A stretch of 32,000 nt of DNA from Pyrodictium abyssi. GTDB taxonomy: Archaea > Thermoproteota > Thermoprotei_A > Sulfolobales > Pyrodictiaceae. The stretch covers positions 390,001 through 422,000 of the forward strand of contig NZ_AP028907.1 in the NCBI RefSeq assembly GCF_036323395.1. The letters run 5' to 3'. The position numbers were made by a program, and so were the translations under genes. Positions 1 to 11,237 of this stretch are shown one piece after another; within the stretch, counting starts at the first letter, position 1, and each line of letters opens with the position of its first letter. Below the pieces are notes generated by a model. That model was not told the origin of the DNA. It did no database searches and saw only the letters and a list, made by a program, of their open reading frames with translations.

Positions 1-344
1 CTCTCAAGGGCCTGCAGCTTCTCGCTGAGGGTCTTAGCTGTAGAGAGACGGGGCACTGTATTGGGCATGTCGGCCACCATTGTTATGCCGCTAGCAGCGG
101 CAGCAGCGGTACCACTATGCTCGTCCTCCTTGTAGCTGAGCCCTAGCCCTCTCAAGTGCACGTGAAGGTCTATGAAGCCAGGCGCTACGTAGACGCCCTG
201 GCCCTGGTAGTCGAGCAGGTTCACGGCACTCGGCGGCCTACCAGTTATACCGACTATAACCCCATCCTCAACTACAACGCAGCCCTCCCCGTGGACACCC
301 CGGTAGTCCACCAGGGTCCCACACACTACGGTCTCTGCCCGCAT
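1..344 (-). CDS. pyrC: Dihydroorotase, N-terminal part (runs off the left window edge)
   Basis: Manual reverse-strand translation from ATG at 344: MRAETVVCGTLVDYRGVHGEGCVVVEDGVIVGITGRPPSAVNLLDYQGQGVYVAPGFIDLHVHLRGLGLSYKEDEHSGTAAAAASGITMVADMPNTVPRLST; has the GFIDLHVHLR metal-binding motif. Overlaps the end of pyrK by 19 nt. Confidence 0.9.
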   Translation of the reverse strand, partial: MRAETVVCGTLVDYRGVHGEGCVVVEDGVIVGITGRPPSAVNLLDYQGQGVYVAPGFIDLHVHLRGLGLSYKEDEHSGTAAAAASGITMVADMPNTVPRLSTAKTLSEKLQALE

Positions 345-1132
345 TCCGCTTCAACCCAGCAGCCGAGCATAGAGCCAGGGAACACCGGGCCCTCGCGGCA
401 CAGTAGACTAGAGGTACATGGCAGCATGCATGACCCGCAGAACCCCATACCGCAGCGTACGAGGGTCTCAAGGCTCGCGTAGAACCGGTCCAGCAGCCCC
501 TGGTCCCCGGCGAGCTTGTAGAGCGTGCAGAGCATGGCAGGCGGCCCGGCGGCCACAATGGCGTCGAAGCCCGTCAAGTCTATAGTGCTGAGGGCGTCGA
601 CGACCGTCCCCTTGACGCCCCTGCTACCATCGTCAGTCGCAACCACGAGCTTAACGCCTTCGAGGCCATCCAGGTACATCTCTATGGGAGCTAGCTCGCT
701 AACCGTACGCGCGCCATAGACTAGCGTGACCCGGGCACCGCTCCTACTAGCCCACCCGGCAAGGGGTACAAGCGAGGCTATGCCAGTACCGCCGCCCACG
801 AGCAGCACGGCCCCTGCTTTTGGCTTAAAGCCCCGCCCCATGGGGCCTATGATGCCCGCCCTTGCCGGGGGCTGCTCTACTATCATGCGCGTGGTAGAGC
901 CCCGCAGCCTCACAAGGAAGTCAATACGATCCTTTGACGAGTATATCGGTGCCAGCGGTATAGCCTCGGCACCCGGGACCCAGAACATGGCGAACTGTGT
1001 CGGCTCGAACTCGGGCAAGACGCATGTCTGCGGCCTGTAGGAGAGGAGTATGGCTCCCCTGCCACGCCATAGAACACGGTCCAGCCGAAGGCTGCAGTAG
1101 CTGTAGCCCCGCCTCTCTGTAGCGGGTGCCAT
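326..1132 (-). CDS. pyrK: Dihydroorotate dehydrogenase electron transfer subunit (PyrK-like, FAD/2Fe-2S)
   Basis: Ferredoxin-reductase-like fold with VLLVGGGTGIASLVPLA and a C-terminal Fe-S cysteine cluster CGMGFCGSC...LLC; sits in a pyr cluster. Confidence 0.87.
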   Translation of the reverse strand: MAPATERRGYSYCSLRLDRVLWRGRGAILLSYRPQTCVLPEFEPTQFAMFWVPGAEAIPLAPIYSSKDRIDFLVRLRGSTTRMIVEQPPARAGIIGPMGRGFKPKAGAVLLVGGGTGIASLVPLAGWASRSGARVTLVYGARTVSELAPIEMYLDGLEGVKLVVATDDGSRGVKGTVVDALSTIDLTGFDAIVAAGPPAMLCTLYKLAGDQGLLDRFYASLETLVRCGMGFCGSCMLPCTSSLLCREGPVFPGSMLGCWVEAECGQRP

Positions 1133-1133
1133 G

Positions 1134-1628
1134 CTATCTCCTCTCTTCGCCTGCCTCCTCGAGCTGTTCTAGTACGTCCTCTTCATCGATTATGGTGCCG
1201 CAGTATGTGCACTGGAGCTGTAGCGGCCGCTCGGCTAGTATCCTAAAGCGTGGCCGTAGAGGCTCCCTGGGCTTACGCGTTATGCAGGTTGGGTTTGTGC
1301 AGGCTACTATTCCCTCGATCACGCTGGGTAGTTTGACCCGCTTCTTCTCTATAACCTGGTAGCCCTTCACGATATTTATGGTTGCCGATGGCGCTATCAG
1401 TGCTATCCGGTTGACCTCCTCGCTGCTGAGATGACGCCCCTCTACCTTCACTATGTCCTTGCGCCCGAGCCGGCGGCTCTCAACGTTCATTACTACGGCG
1501 ACGCGTAGGCCCTCGCGCCCCGTTATCCCTAGTATCCTCAGTACAGCTAGCGCCCGGCCAGCAGGTATGTGGTCTATGACTGTTCCCTCTCTTATCCGGC
1601 GTACCAGTAGCCCCTCGGAGGGAGTCAT
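1134..1628 (-). CDS. pyrI: Aspartate carbamoyltransferase regulatory subunit
   Basis: GTVIDHIPAGRALAVLRILG, C-terminal Zn motif CTNPTCIT...CTYCG. Start moved from 1736 to the internal ATG at 1628 (MTPSEGLLVRRIREGTVIDHI), which removes most overlap with pyrB. Confidence 0.94.
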   Translation of the reverse strand: MTPSEGLLVRRIREGTVIDHIPAGRALAVLRILGITGREGLRVAVVMNVESRRLGRKDIVKVEGRHLSSEEVNRIALIAPSATINIVKGYQVIEKKRVKLPSVIEGIVACTNPTCITRKPREPLRPRFRILAERPLQLQCTYCGTIIDEEDVLEQLEEAGEERR

Positions 1629-1635
1629 TGCGCGG

Positions 1636-2580
1636 CTACACCTCTGCGCCCAGTATGAGCGATAACAGGGCCATGCGTACGGGGACGCCGTTCCGGGCCT
1701 GGAGGAAATACGCGGCGTAGCGGGACGAGTCCACATTGGCGGCTATCTCGTCCACCCTAGGCAGCGGGTGGAGAACACGCAGCTCTGGCTTAGCGCCCCT
1801 CTCCAGTAGCTCTCGTGTCACACGGTAGCTGCCGCGCACCTTCTCGTACTCCCTAGGGTCGGGGAACCGCTCCCGCTGTATACGCGTCACATACAGCACA
1901 TCGAGCTCTCCTAGGACGTCGTCGAGCTTGCTGACCTCCTCGTAGTCTATGCCGGCCTCGTCGAGCCTGGCTCTTACCTCGGGCCTCGCGCGGAGGAGGG
2001 GCGGTGATATGAGGTAGAGCTTCCGTGGCTGGTACAGCGTGAGCGCGAGTATGAAGCTGGAAGCAGCCCGGCCGAAGCGGAGGTCGCCGAGCACCCCGTA
2101 GACGAGGCCGTCTATCGTACCAAAGAGCTCCTTCACGGTGTAGAGGTCGAGCATAGCCTGGGTCGGGTGGTGCTGCTTCCCATCGCCAGCGTTTATGACC
2201 GGCTTCTCAGCCACCTCAGCGGCGTAGAGCGCTGAGCCCTCGTACCGGTGCCGTATCACTATAGCGTCGGCGTAGCCGTCGAGCATCCGGATGGTGTCGG
2301 CGAGGTTCTCTCCCTTCGCGAGGCTGGTAGCCTCCTCGCCCGCGAACCCGATGGTCTCAGCGCCGAGCCTCTTGGCGGCAGTCTCAAAGCTCAGCCTAGT
2401 CCTGGTAGATGGCTCGAAGAAGGCGAGCGCCACTATGCGCCCCTCTAGGAGCCTCGGCACACGGCCCCTCTGCAGCATCTCCTTCATGCGGGCAGCTACG
2501 TCGAATAGCTCCTCGAGATCATCGCGCGTAAAGTCGAGGATGCTTATGGCGTCGCGGCCCTCCCAGTTTCCTCTGGGCAT
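1636..2580 (-). CDS. pyrB: Aspartate carbamoyltransferase catalytic subunit
   Basis: [41 protein letters not shown] motifs. Confidence 0.97.
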   Translation of the reverse strand: MPRGNWEGRDAISILDFTRDDLEELFDVAARMKEMLQRGRVPRLLEGRIVALAFFEPSTRTRLSFETAAKRLGAETIGFAGEEATSLAKGENLADTIRMLDGYADAIVIRHRYEGSALYAAEVAEKPVINAGDGKQHHPTQAMLDLYTVKELFGTIDGLVYGVLGDLRFGRAASSFILALTLYQPRKLYLISPPLLRARPEVRARLDEAGIDYEEVSKLDDVLGELDVLYVTRIQRERFPDPREYEKVRGSYRVTRELLERGAKPELRVLHPLPRVDEIAANVDSSRYAAYFLQARNGVPVRMALLSLILGAEV

Positions 2581-2586
2581 AGTCTC

Positions 2587-3189
2587 TCAGCCCCACTCCC
2601 CGCCATACAGCTGGTCTATAACCCTCTGAGCGTCCTCCCTCGGCACGAGGCCCTCCTCTACGGCAGCGCGGAGCACGCCGCGAAGCGTGGCTACCCGTAG
2701 AAGCTTTACCCCAGCCTCTGCTAGGCGCTCCCGCGCACCCTGCTCCCTATCAACTATCACGAGCGCGTAGACGGGCTCTGCCCCGGCAGCGCGTAGGGCC
2801 TCTACAGCAACCGCGAGACTGCCCCCAGTGGTAGCCACGTCGTCCACTACGAGTGCGCGTCGCCCTTCGACCAGGCCCTCCACCTGCCTGCCAAGGCCAT
2901 GCTGCTTTCTGCCGCTACGGACGTACGCCATTGGCTTCCCCGTGTAGAGGGCTAGACCCGTAGCCCACGCTATCCCCGCGGTGGCGACGCCGACCACAGT
3001 ATCGTACTCCGCCTCCAGTGTGGTGGCGTGGAGGAGCGTCAACACGGCACGGAACGCGGTAGGATAGCTAGGCAGCCGCCGGAGGTCTATGTACACTGGG
3101 CTCTTGAGGCCACTTGTCAGCGTGAACTCGCCCAGCTGGAGCGCGCCCGTCTCCACGAGCAGTCTGGCCAGAATCCTCTCGGCGGACAC
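2587..3189 (-). CDS. pyrE: Orotate phosphoribosyltransferase
   Basis: [18 protein letters not shown]-binding motif; [14 protein letters not shown]. Track ORF begins at 3207; GTG at 3189 ([11 protein letters not shown]) avoids overlap with pyrF. Confidence 0.93.
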   Translation of the reverse strand: MSAERILARLLVETGALQLGEFTLTSGLKSPVYIDLRRLPSYPTAFRAVLTLLHATTLEAEYDTVVGVATAGIAWATGLALYTGKPMAYVRSGRKQHGLGRQVEGLVEGRRALVVDDVATTGGSLAVAVEALRAAGAEPVYALVIVDREQGARERLAEAGVKLLRVATLRGVLRAAVEEGLVPREDAQRVIDQLYGGEWG

Positions 3190-3191
3190 AG

Positions 3192-3857
3192 CTAGCCCCT
3201 CCCACACGAAGCTAGTCTCCGTCTCTGGGCCTCCCTAACGGCCAGCGCGGCTGAACGCGGGTCAGGGCTCGACACTATGAGGCGCCCTACTATCTCGTAG
3301 TCCGCGCCCGCGCAGAGAGCAGCGCCAGGCTCGGCCCCCTGAGCCCCTACACCAGGAGACACTATGGCTACGCGGGGGCCTAGTCTCTCGCGTATACTTG
3401 TTGTCACATGAGGCCTAGTGGCTGGTGCTACGACGCCCCATGGCCCTAGCTCCTCTATGGCGTCGAGTATCAGTGGTAGTGCCTTGTCGTAGACCTCCTC
3501 GGCGCCAGGGTGGCTCATAGACGCTACTACTATCAGCTTCCTGCCCCGGCTTTCTAGGAACTCCTTGAGCTCGCCGAGGGCCCCCTTTACGCCGACGAAG
3601 CCGTGAGCTATCACAGCGTCCACATGGTCCACTACGAGGCTGGTAGTAAGCTTCATCACGTGGCCTATGTCCGCCAGCTTTAGGTCGGCTATCCAGATAC
3701 CCTCGCGGCATCTGCTTCTCAGCTCGGCGGCATACCCCGGGCCGCGGCCCATGAGGAGTGGGAGGCCGAGCTTAAACCCGTCAACGACGCCACAGAGGTC
3801 CTCAACGAGGCCTTCGAAGCCACGGTCGGGAGAGTCCAGCGCGACTATCAGGCCCAT
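3192..3857 (-). CDS. pyrF: Orotidine-5'-phosphate decarboxylase
   Basis: [29 protein letters not shown] motifs. ATG at 3857 preferred over the upstream GTG at 3872. Confidence 0.92.
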   Translation of the reverse strand: MGLIVALDSPDRGFEGLVEDLCGVVDGFKLGLPLLMGRGPGYAAELRSRCREGIWIADLKLADIGHVMKLTTSLVVDHVDAVIAHGFVGVKGALGELKEFLESRGRKLIVVASMSHPGAEEVYDKALPLILDAIEELGPWGVVAPATRPHVTTSIRERLGPRVAIVSPGVGAQGAEPGAALCAGADYEIVGRLIVSSPDPRSAALAVREAQRRRLASCGRG

Positions 3858-3976
3858 AGGGTTGCTGCCCACGACTACCCTGGCCTAGGGCTAGCCCTAA
3901 AAATAGGCATCAGAAGACTTACGAGCTGCAGCGAACAGCCGTAACTGTGAAGACGCGCCAGTAGAGAGAGGGGGAC

Positions 3977-4975
3977 GTGTTGCAGCGAATCCCGGCATAT
4001 GGCAGGCGTGCGTCTAGCCGCGAAGAACTGCTAGCGCTCATAGACAGGATAAGGGGCATTATAGGCTCTACTCCGGTCCGGTGCTTCCAGCTAGGCGGCT
4101 ACAGGCTGTGCGTCAAGCTCGAGTACGTGAACCCTACTGGCAGCCACAAGGACAGGATAGCCCTCTACATGGTACGCGGCGCCATCGAGTCCGGCGTGCT
4201 GGGCCCTGGCGGCTGTGTCGCCGAGGTCAGTAGCGGTAACACAGCCGCCTCAGTAGCATGGATATCGTGGAGCCTAGGCCTACGCCCAGTACTCTTCGTG
4301 GAGTCGCGAGCCTCCGAGACAAAGAAGAGCCTCATAAGGATGCTTGGCGGCGAGATAGTTGAGATACACGATGAGGGACTAGGTAGGGACTGGGTACGCG
4401 AACGCGCAGAGGAACTAGGCTGCGTGCTGCTGGACCAGCTAAGCAACGAGTACAACCACCTAGCCCACTACGAGACCACGGCCGTCGAGCTGCTAAACCA
4501 GGTTAGCCAGGTAGACGCTTTCGTAATGGGCGTGGGCACCGGGGGCACGATAACCGGCGTGGCACGGCGTCTACGCGAGAGCCAGGGCAACGCTCTCGTA
4601 GCAGCTGTTACCCCCCGCGGCTCTAAGCTAGCCGGGGGCCCTGGCGCCGACACCATAGAGGGGCTGACGTCCCACACAGTGCCAGAGGTCTACCAGAGGC
4701 ATAGCAGCCTCATCGACCGGGTAGTCGAGGTCGAGAGCAGCGAAGCCCTAGCAGGTATAGAGGCGCTAGCCTCTGCCACCGGTATACTTGCGGGCCCCTC
4801 CACGGGCGCAGCGTTAGCTGCGGCCTCCAAGCTCGTGGCCGAGGGCGCGCTGGACACCGGCTCCACCGTCGTAATAGTGGCTGCTGACAGCCTGGCACGG
4901 TACCCGCAGCTCTCGTCCCAGCTGCGGCTCGGCAGCGGCCGGGGAGACGTTCTCCTTAATAGCTGGTGGAGCTAG
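3977..4975 (+). CDS. PLP-dependent cysteine synthase / cystathionine beta-synthase family enzyme
   Basis: GSTPVRCF, EYVNPTGSHKDRIA (PLP lysine), EVSSGNTAASVAW, FVMGVGTGGTITGVARRLRE. Confidence 0.83.
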   Translation: MLQRIPAYGRRASSREELLALIDRIRGIIGSTPVRCFQLGGYRLCVKLEYVNPTGSHKDRIALYMVRGAIESGVLGPGGCVAEVSSGNTAASVAWISWSLGLRPVLFVESRASETKKSLIRMLGGEIVEIHDEGLGRDWVRERAEELGCVLLDQLSNEYNHLAHYETTAVELLNQVSQVDAFVMGVGTGGTITGVARRLRESQGNALVAAVTPRGSKLAGGPGADTIEGLTSHTVPEVYQRHSSLIDRVVEVESSEALAGIEALASATGILAGPSTGAALAAASKLVAEGALDTGSTVVIVAADSLARYPQLSSQLRLGSGRGDVLLNSWWS

Positions 4976-6619
<1,644 letters not shown>

Positions 6620-6750
6620 CTCGTCTCTGCCGCCTCCCTACATTCTGCTCGTGCTGCTTAGGTGGTCGTGACAGAGTTTTTAGTAGTCATACAGATGCAG
6701 CTTCTCGTAATGGCTGGCAGAGTCTCTCCTCCCGGGGTGTATGAGGCTTT

Positions 6751-7188
6751 ATGCAAGGCCAGCAGAAGCCTAATGTAGACGAAATAGATATGAAGCTTCT
6801 CCGGCTACTCCGCGACAACGCCCGCATGTCGTACGCGCGGCTCGCGCAGGAGCTAGGCCTCAGCGAGTCAGCGGTGAGGAAGCGGATAGCCAAACTGATA
6901 AAGGCCGGTATAATCAAGAAGTTCACCATAATATACGACACTGGTAGCGAGATACGGGCCTTCATCCTCGTGAGGACCCAGCCCCCTGTATCGGTGCCAG
7001 AGGTCTCAAAGAAGATACTCTCGCTAGACCTCGTGGAGGCCGTCTACGAGGTCACCGGCGACTACGATATACTCGTCGTGATAAGGGGCGAGAAGATAGA
7101 CGATGTCAACAAGTGTATAGACTTCATAAGATCGATACCAGGGGTATCAGGAACCAATTCCATGATAGTGCTGCGTCAATGGGTCTAG
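6751..7188 (+). CDS. Lrp/AsnC family transcriptional regulator
   Basis: DEIDMKLLRLLRDNARMSYARLAQELGLSESAVRKRIAKLIKAGIIKKFT; C-terminal RAM-type domain. Confidence 0.93.
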   Translation: MQGQQKPNVDEIDMKLLRLLRDNARMSYARLAQELGLSESAVRKRIAKLIKAGIIKKFTIIYDTGSEIRAFILVRTQPPVSVPEVSKKILSLDLVEAVYEVTGDYDILVVIRGEKIDDVNKCIDFIRSIPGVSGTNSMIVLRQWV

Positions 7189-7401
7189 ATACAGCTATGA
7201 ACGGAAATATAAAAGGTGAATCGAAGCTCGGGTAGAAGCCTAACAGCCTTAACTCTCCCTATAACGGGAACAGCACATCCCAGGAGCCCTACAGCCACCA
7301 GATAGCGCGGCTGGAGCCGCTATGCAGAGCCGCGGCTCCCCTGGGTTGTATCGTTTCCTCTAGACTCGTGGCTACGCCATAGAGCTCCCGGAGAGGAGAC
7401 G

Positions 7402-7767
7402 GTGATACGCTTGCATGGCAACAACTTGGCTCGCAGATACTGGCTCCTCGCGCGTCCAGGCATACTCCGTATACTAGCCATACTCTACGAGCACGGCCCC
7501 ATGCCAATACACAGGATACCACGCTACGGTATAGGAGTAGGCACTACGTATCGTAGCGCGCGGGAAGCCGCAATGCTCGGTCTCATAAACCTCTTCTACT
7601 GTGGAAACAGCAAGTGCGCTAAGCTCACTGAGCAGGGTCTCCGTGTCGCGGAGAAGATAGAGGAGCTCCTAAAGGTACTCGAGGAGCTAAACCTAGTAGA
7701 GCCTCTACAACCCGTGCTCAAGGCAGAAGGAGGCAAAGAGGTTGAAAGCTTCGAGAAACCCGTATAG
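7402..7767 (+). CDS. Small winged-helix DNA-binding protein, function unknown
   Basis: GTG start; GILRILAILYEHGPMPIHRIPRYGIGVGTTYRSAREAAMLGLINLFY...KLTEQGLRVAEKIEELLKVLEEL resembles a wHTH followed by a helix. Confidence 0.75.
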   Translation: MIRLHGNNLARRYWLLARPGILRILAILYEHGPMPIHRIPRYGIGVGTTYRSAREAAMLGLINLFYCGNSKCAKLTEQGLRVAEKIEELLKVLEELNLVEPLQPVLKAEGGKEVESFEKPV

Positions 7768-7873
7768 GCTGCTATACAACGTAACGCCTAAACACCGGAT
7801 ACGTGCGTAGCCCTGGAGACCTAGGGGCCGCTGAGGAGCTGTCGCCCACACCGACGCGGTATCGGTGAGGACG

Positions 7874-8374
7874 TCAGCCTGGCCCCGAGGCCTCCCTTGC
7901 TGCGTCCTGTTGCCCTTCATTGCCACAGAATGCGTAGACTACAACCTCGTAGACTCTTGCGCTGCCACCTAAGAGCTTCTCTATCCTCTGCACAACTTCT
8001 CTGGACTCGTCCTCGTCCTCTGCATCAAAGACCTTTCCGGTGTCGAGGCATACTATGTTGATGTGGGGGTGTATGTTGTCATAGCGGGTCTCGCCGGCTA
8101 CATCAAAGCTCTTTATTAGGCCCAGCTTCTCGAGCAGCTGTAAGTTGTTGTACACTGTGCTGGGGCTAACGCTTGGCATGGTCTCGCGTACCTTTTCGAG
8201 TATCTGCATGAAGCTTGGATGCTCCTTAATGTTCTCGAACACTATACGGGCTATCGCCAGTCTCTGGGCTGTGACTCGGAGCCCTTGTCTACGCAGCTCG
8301 GTGACTAGCCGGACTAGTTTCTCCTCTACCTGTTGCTGCCAATCGCGCTGTGCACCCGCCGCTTCATCCGCCAT
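7874..8374 (-). CDS. Fur/PerR-family metal- or peroxide-responsive regulator
   Basis: LRRQGLRVTAQRLAIARIVFEN...PSVSPSTVYNNLQLLEKLGLIKSFDVAGETRYDNIHPHINIVCLDTGKVFD. Confidence 0.92.
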   Translation of the reverse strand: MADEAAGAQRDWQQQVEEKLVRLVTELRRQGLRVTAQRLAIARIVFENIKEHPSFMQILEKVRETMPSVSPSTVYNNLQLLEKLGLIKSFDVAGETRYDNIHPHINIVCLDTGKVFDAEDEDESREVVQRIEKLLGGSARVYEVVVYAFCGNEGQQDAAREASGPG

Positions 8375-8403
8375 GCTATATCACCCCTTTCTCTTACAGT
8401 ATA

Positions 8404-8441
8404 AACCGTAACTGTTTTCAGTTAACAGCGCATCTACGGTT
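8404..8441. promoter_or_regulatory. Nested inverted repeat upstream of the Fur-like gene (candidate operator)
   Basis: AACTGTTTTCAGTT at 8410..8423 nested inside AACCGTA (8404..8410) / TACGGTT (8435..8441); next to a minus-strand TTTATAC TATA-like element near 8401..8408. Confidence 0.5.
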
Positions 8442-8737
8442 AATATATGTTACCCCTTCCATAGACTAGCCGGCAGCATGCCCGGGCCAGGGGCCCTAGG
8501 CCCGCAGCTAGGGCCTCGGCTAAAGGAATTAACATCATCGCTACATGGCTCCTGCTGGGGAGTAGTCATCATAGGCCCTGGTGCCTACCTGGTGGCAGCC
8601 TCCCTCCTATAATACTAGCTGCAGAGTCTGGGCAATGGATGTATGAGAGGCACGTGTAGCGTAGCAGCTAGCACTAGAAAGGAGCAGCGGATACGTAGTG
8701 GAATGTGAGGTAAGGGCTTATAGTAGAGTAGTTAGAC

Positions 8738-9625
8738 TTACCGCTGTAGTCCAGCTATGAACTTGAGAATATCGGTCCTCGTTATCATACCCACAACGCT
8801 GCCAGTCGAGTCGACGACTACTAGCCTACCAATATCATGCTTGTTCATCAACTCTATAGCGTGGTTTATGTCGTCAGTCTCTCTCACAGTTATCACGGGG
8901 GTAGACATGAAGTCCCTTACTGACGCGTCAACACGCTCCTCGGCTAGAGCGCGTGTAAGGTCGGTCTGAGTGATTATGCCGACAAGTCTCCCATTCTCGA
9001 CTACCGGTACACCGCGTATCCTCTTCTCGGAGAGGAGCTTAGCTAGCTCAGTTATCGGGGTGTCGGGGGTAGTTGTTATCGGATTACGGGAGGCGGCCTC
9101 CATTACGGGGGCCTTGGGCACGCTTATCATGCGAGTTATCTTGATACTTATCTGGCCACTAGCAGGGTCCACGTGGATGACATCGCCCTCTATCCTCACG
9201 CCAGCGAAGGGCGCGGGCCCGAGCTCTACGTGGTCTCCGGGCCTTACGAACCTCCTAACATCGCCGTGGACACGGAGGATAGCCCTACCGCCCTCCGGGT
9301 TGAGTATGTCCAGAACCTCTATGCCTACCACCGTTATGTCTATCTCCTCGCCGTCCTTGCGTAGCTTGACCGGCATCTGGGTTACAGCGCCCTTCATGAC
9401 CTCGTAGGCCTTGAGCGTGGGCATGTAGCCGCCGCTGGGCCCGGTCTTGGACTCGACGAGGCCGAGGCTCTTGAGGCTAAGGATTATGTTGCGGACCGTG
9501 CCTTCGTCGCGGTTGATGAGCTCTGCTATCTCCTTGCTCTTTATGAGGCGGCGTTTCTGCTCATAGAGTCTGATAAGCGCCTCTAGGACCTCACGCTGGG
9601 ACATTGTGAGCCTGTACTGGGCCAC
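8738..9625 (-). CDS. HTH-CBS domain transcriptional regulator
   Basis: N-terminal winged helix (MSQREVLEALIRLY...SKEIAELINRDEGTVRNIILSLKSLGLV) followed by tandem CBS domains (ITTTPDTPITELAKLLSEKRIRGVPVV; VITVRETDDINHAIELMNKHDIGRLVVV). Confidence 0.92.
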   Translation of the reverse strand: MAQYRLTMSQREVLEALIRLYEQKRRLIKSKEIAELINRDEGTVRNIILSLKSLGLVESKTGPSGGYMPTLKAYEVMKGAVTQMPVKLRKDGEEIDITVVGIEVLDILNPEGGRAILRVHGDVRRFVRPGDHVELGPAPFAGVRIEGDVIHVDPASGQISIKITRMISVPKAPVMEAASRNPITTTPDTPITELAKLLSEKRIRGVPVVENGRLVGIITQTDLTRALAEERVDASVRDFMSTPVITVRETDDINHAIELMNKHDIGRLVVVDSTGSVVGMITRTDILKFIAGLQR

Positions 9626-9678
9626 CCCTAACCCCCCTGCTCACACCTACACATATAGCAACCAGCAATATTAATTAC

Positions 9679-9690
9679 TTTTTATAGGGT
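9679..9690 (-). promoter_or_regulatory. TATA-box-like element for the HTH-CBS gene
   Basis: Minus-strand ccctataaaaag, about 60 nt upstream of the start codon. Confidence 0.45.
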
Positions 9691-9814
9691 AGAACGATTC
9701 TAACCCAGTCTGGCCCAGCCCAAGTGGCGGCAGCCTAGGCCAGGGCCACTCCCATGATAGGGTATTTTTCATCTCTCCACCGAAATATTCTTAGTCGGTA
9801 CAACAGTGTGCTTG

Positions 9815-11230
9815 CTACCCCGCCGTGCCGCCATACTCAGTATCCTGGGAGGGCTTGACCAGTAGGAGGGCATCATCCTTACCAACAACGACAACGCTGT
9901 CGCCACGGTGTAGCTCCTTGTCGCCGACGTTACGGGCCTGCCAGTACTCGCCCTCAACCATTACGAAGCCCGTGCCCCCCGGCGGGATGTTGTCCAAAGC
10001 ACGCCCCTTCTTGCCTACTAGGGAGGGTGTGTAGACGGGCTTCTGGCGCCACACCCTAGCAGCCTTGTAGACTATGACCATGGTGAGGCCTGCTAGTGGG
10101 ACGAGCACAGCCATAAGCGTGTAGAAGGCAGCCTTCATGCTCTCTCCTGCGAGGTACACCGGCCTACCGGTGAACATTATGAAGGCGCCTATGAGCATTA
10201 GCGCTATACCCGTGAACCCTACGACACCGAACCCCGGTATTACTGCAAGCTCTATTGCAAGCAGGACAATCCCTACAAGGAGTAGTGCGGCTGACACCAG
10301 GCTAGCACTAAGCCCGAAGCCAAAGAGGCCTACTAGCATCAATGCTATGCCAACCACTATGAATAGCGGGTGCCCCGAGGCAAGCGCGGCAAGGATTATC
10401 AGCATGGCTATGCTAGAAGCTATCGAGCTAACCAGAGGGTCCGAGAGTATGTGCGCGAGCCTGAGCCCAGGAGGCATATCGTAATACTCCACCTCGGGGT
10501 CAGTGAACACTAGTCTAACCGGACCGGTAGCCGTGTTAACCACAGTCCCGTTACTCTTCTCTATCATGTCCCACACGTTGTCAGCCACAGCCTCTACGAC
10601 GTGGAGCCTAACAGCATCCTGGGCATCGAGCACGAGGTTCTCGTAGACGAACAGCCTAGCCACAGTAGTATTACGGCCGTGCAGCTTCATACACGTCTCT
10701 ATCTTCTTGTAGATAGGGTTGAGTATCTTGGACTCGTTTATCGGCTTATACTCGCCAGAAGAGCTCATAGCTACGGGCTGGACAGCACCAATTATGGTAC
10801 CAGGCTCCATTGCGGCATAGTGTGTGCACATTAGTATCATGGTGCCAGCGCTTACAGCCCAACGGCCCTCCACAAGCCCGAGCACGGGTATACGCGACTC
10901 CTCTATCATCGTTATTATGTCCAAAGCAGCTTCTAGGCTGCCGCCAGGCGTGTCCAGCTCCATCACCAGAGCATCAGCAGACACGCTCTCAGCATAGCTT
11001 AGGGCCCGCTCCACGTAGTCGCGTATAGCGCCATCTATCACGCCGGTAACCCGGATGACGACGACGTGGCTTCTATCACTGCTAGCGGCATGAGCTACTA
11101 GTGGAAGTACAGCGAACACGAGGAGAACACACAGGATGATGCATAGCTGGCCGAGAGCAGTCAATAGTGGTGTCCCCGCATGTATATACCCGAGTAGGCC
11201 TGGACGCAAAAATACAGCCCAGCTTAGCAC
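9815..11230 (-). CDS. NfeD-family membrane protein with N-terminal ClpP-like serine protease domain (start uncertain)
   Basis: Signal-like N terminus, ALVMELDTPGGSLEAALDIITMIEES, AVSAGTMILM, multiple TM segments, C-terminal OB-like NfeD domain (LVGKKGRALDNIPPGGTGFVMVEGEYWQA). Confidence 0.92.
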   Translation of the reverse strand: MLSWAVFLRPGLLGYIHAGTPLLTALGQLCIILCVLLVFAVLPLVAHAASSDRSHVVVIRVTGVIDGAIRDYVERALSYAESVSADALVMELDTPGGSLEAALDIITMIEESRIPVLGLVEGRWAVSAGTMILMCTHYAAMEPGTIIGAVQPVAMSSSGEYKPINESKILNPIYKKIETCMKLHGRNTTVARLFVYENLVLDAQDAVRLHVVEAVADNVWDMIEKSNGTVVNTATGPVRLVFTDPEVEYYDMPPGLRLAHILSDPLVSSIASSIAMLIILAALASGHPLFIVVGIALMLVGLFGFGLSASLVSAALLLVGIVLLAIELAVIPGFGVVGFTGIALMLIGAFIMFTGRPVYLAGESMKAAFYTLMAVLVPLAGLTMVIVYKAARVWRQKPVYTPSLVGKKGRALDNIPPGGTGFVMVEGEYWQARNVGDKELHRGDSVVVVGKDDALLLVKPSQDTEYGGTAG

Positions 11231-11237
11231 TAGGGAC

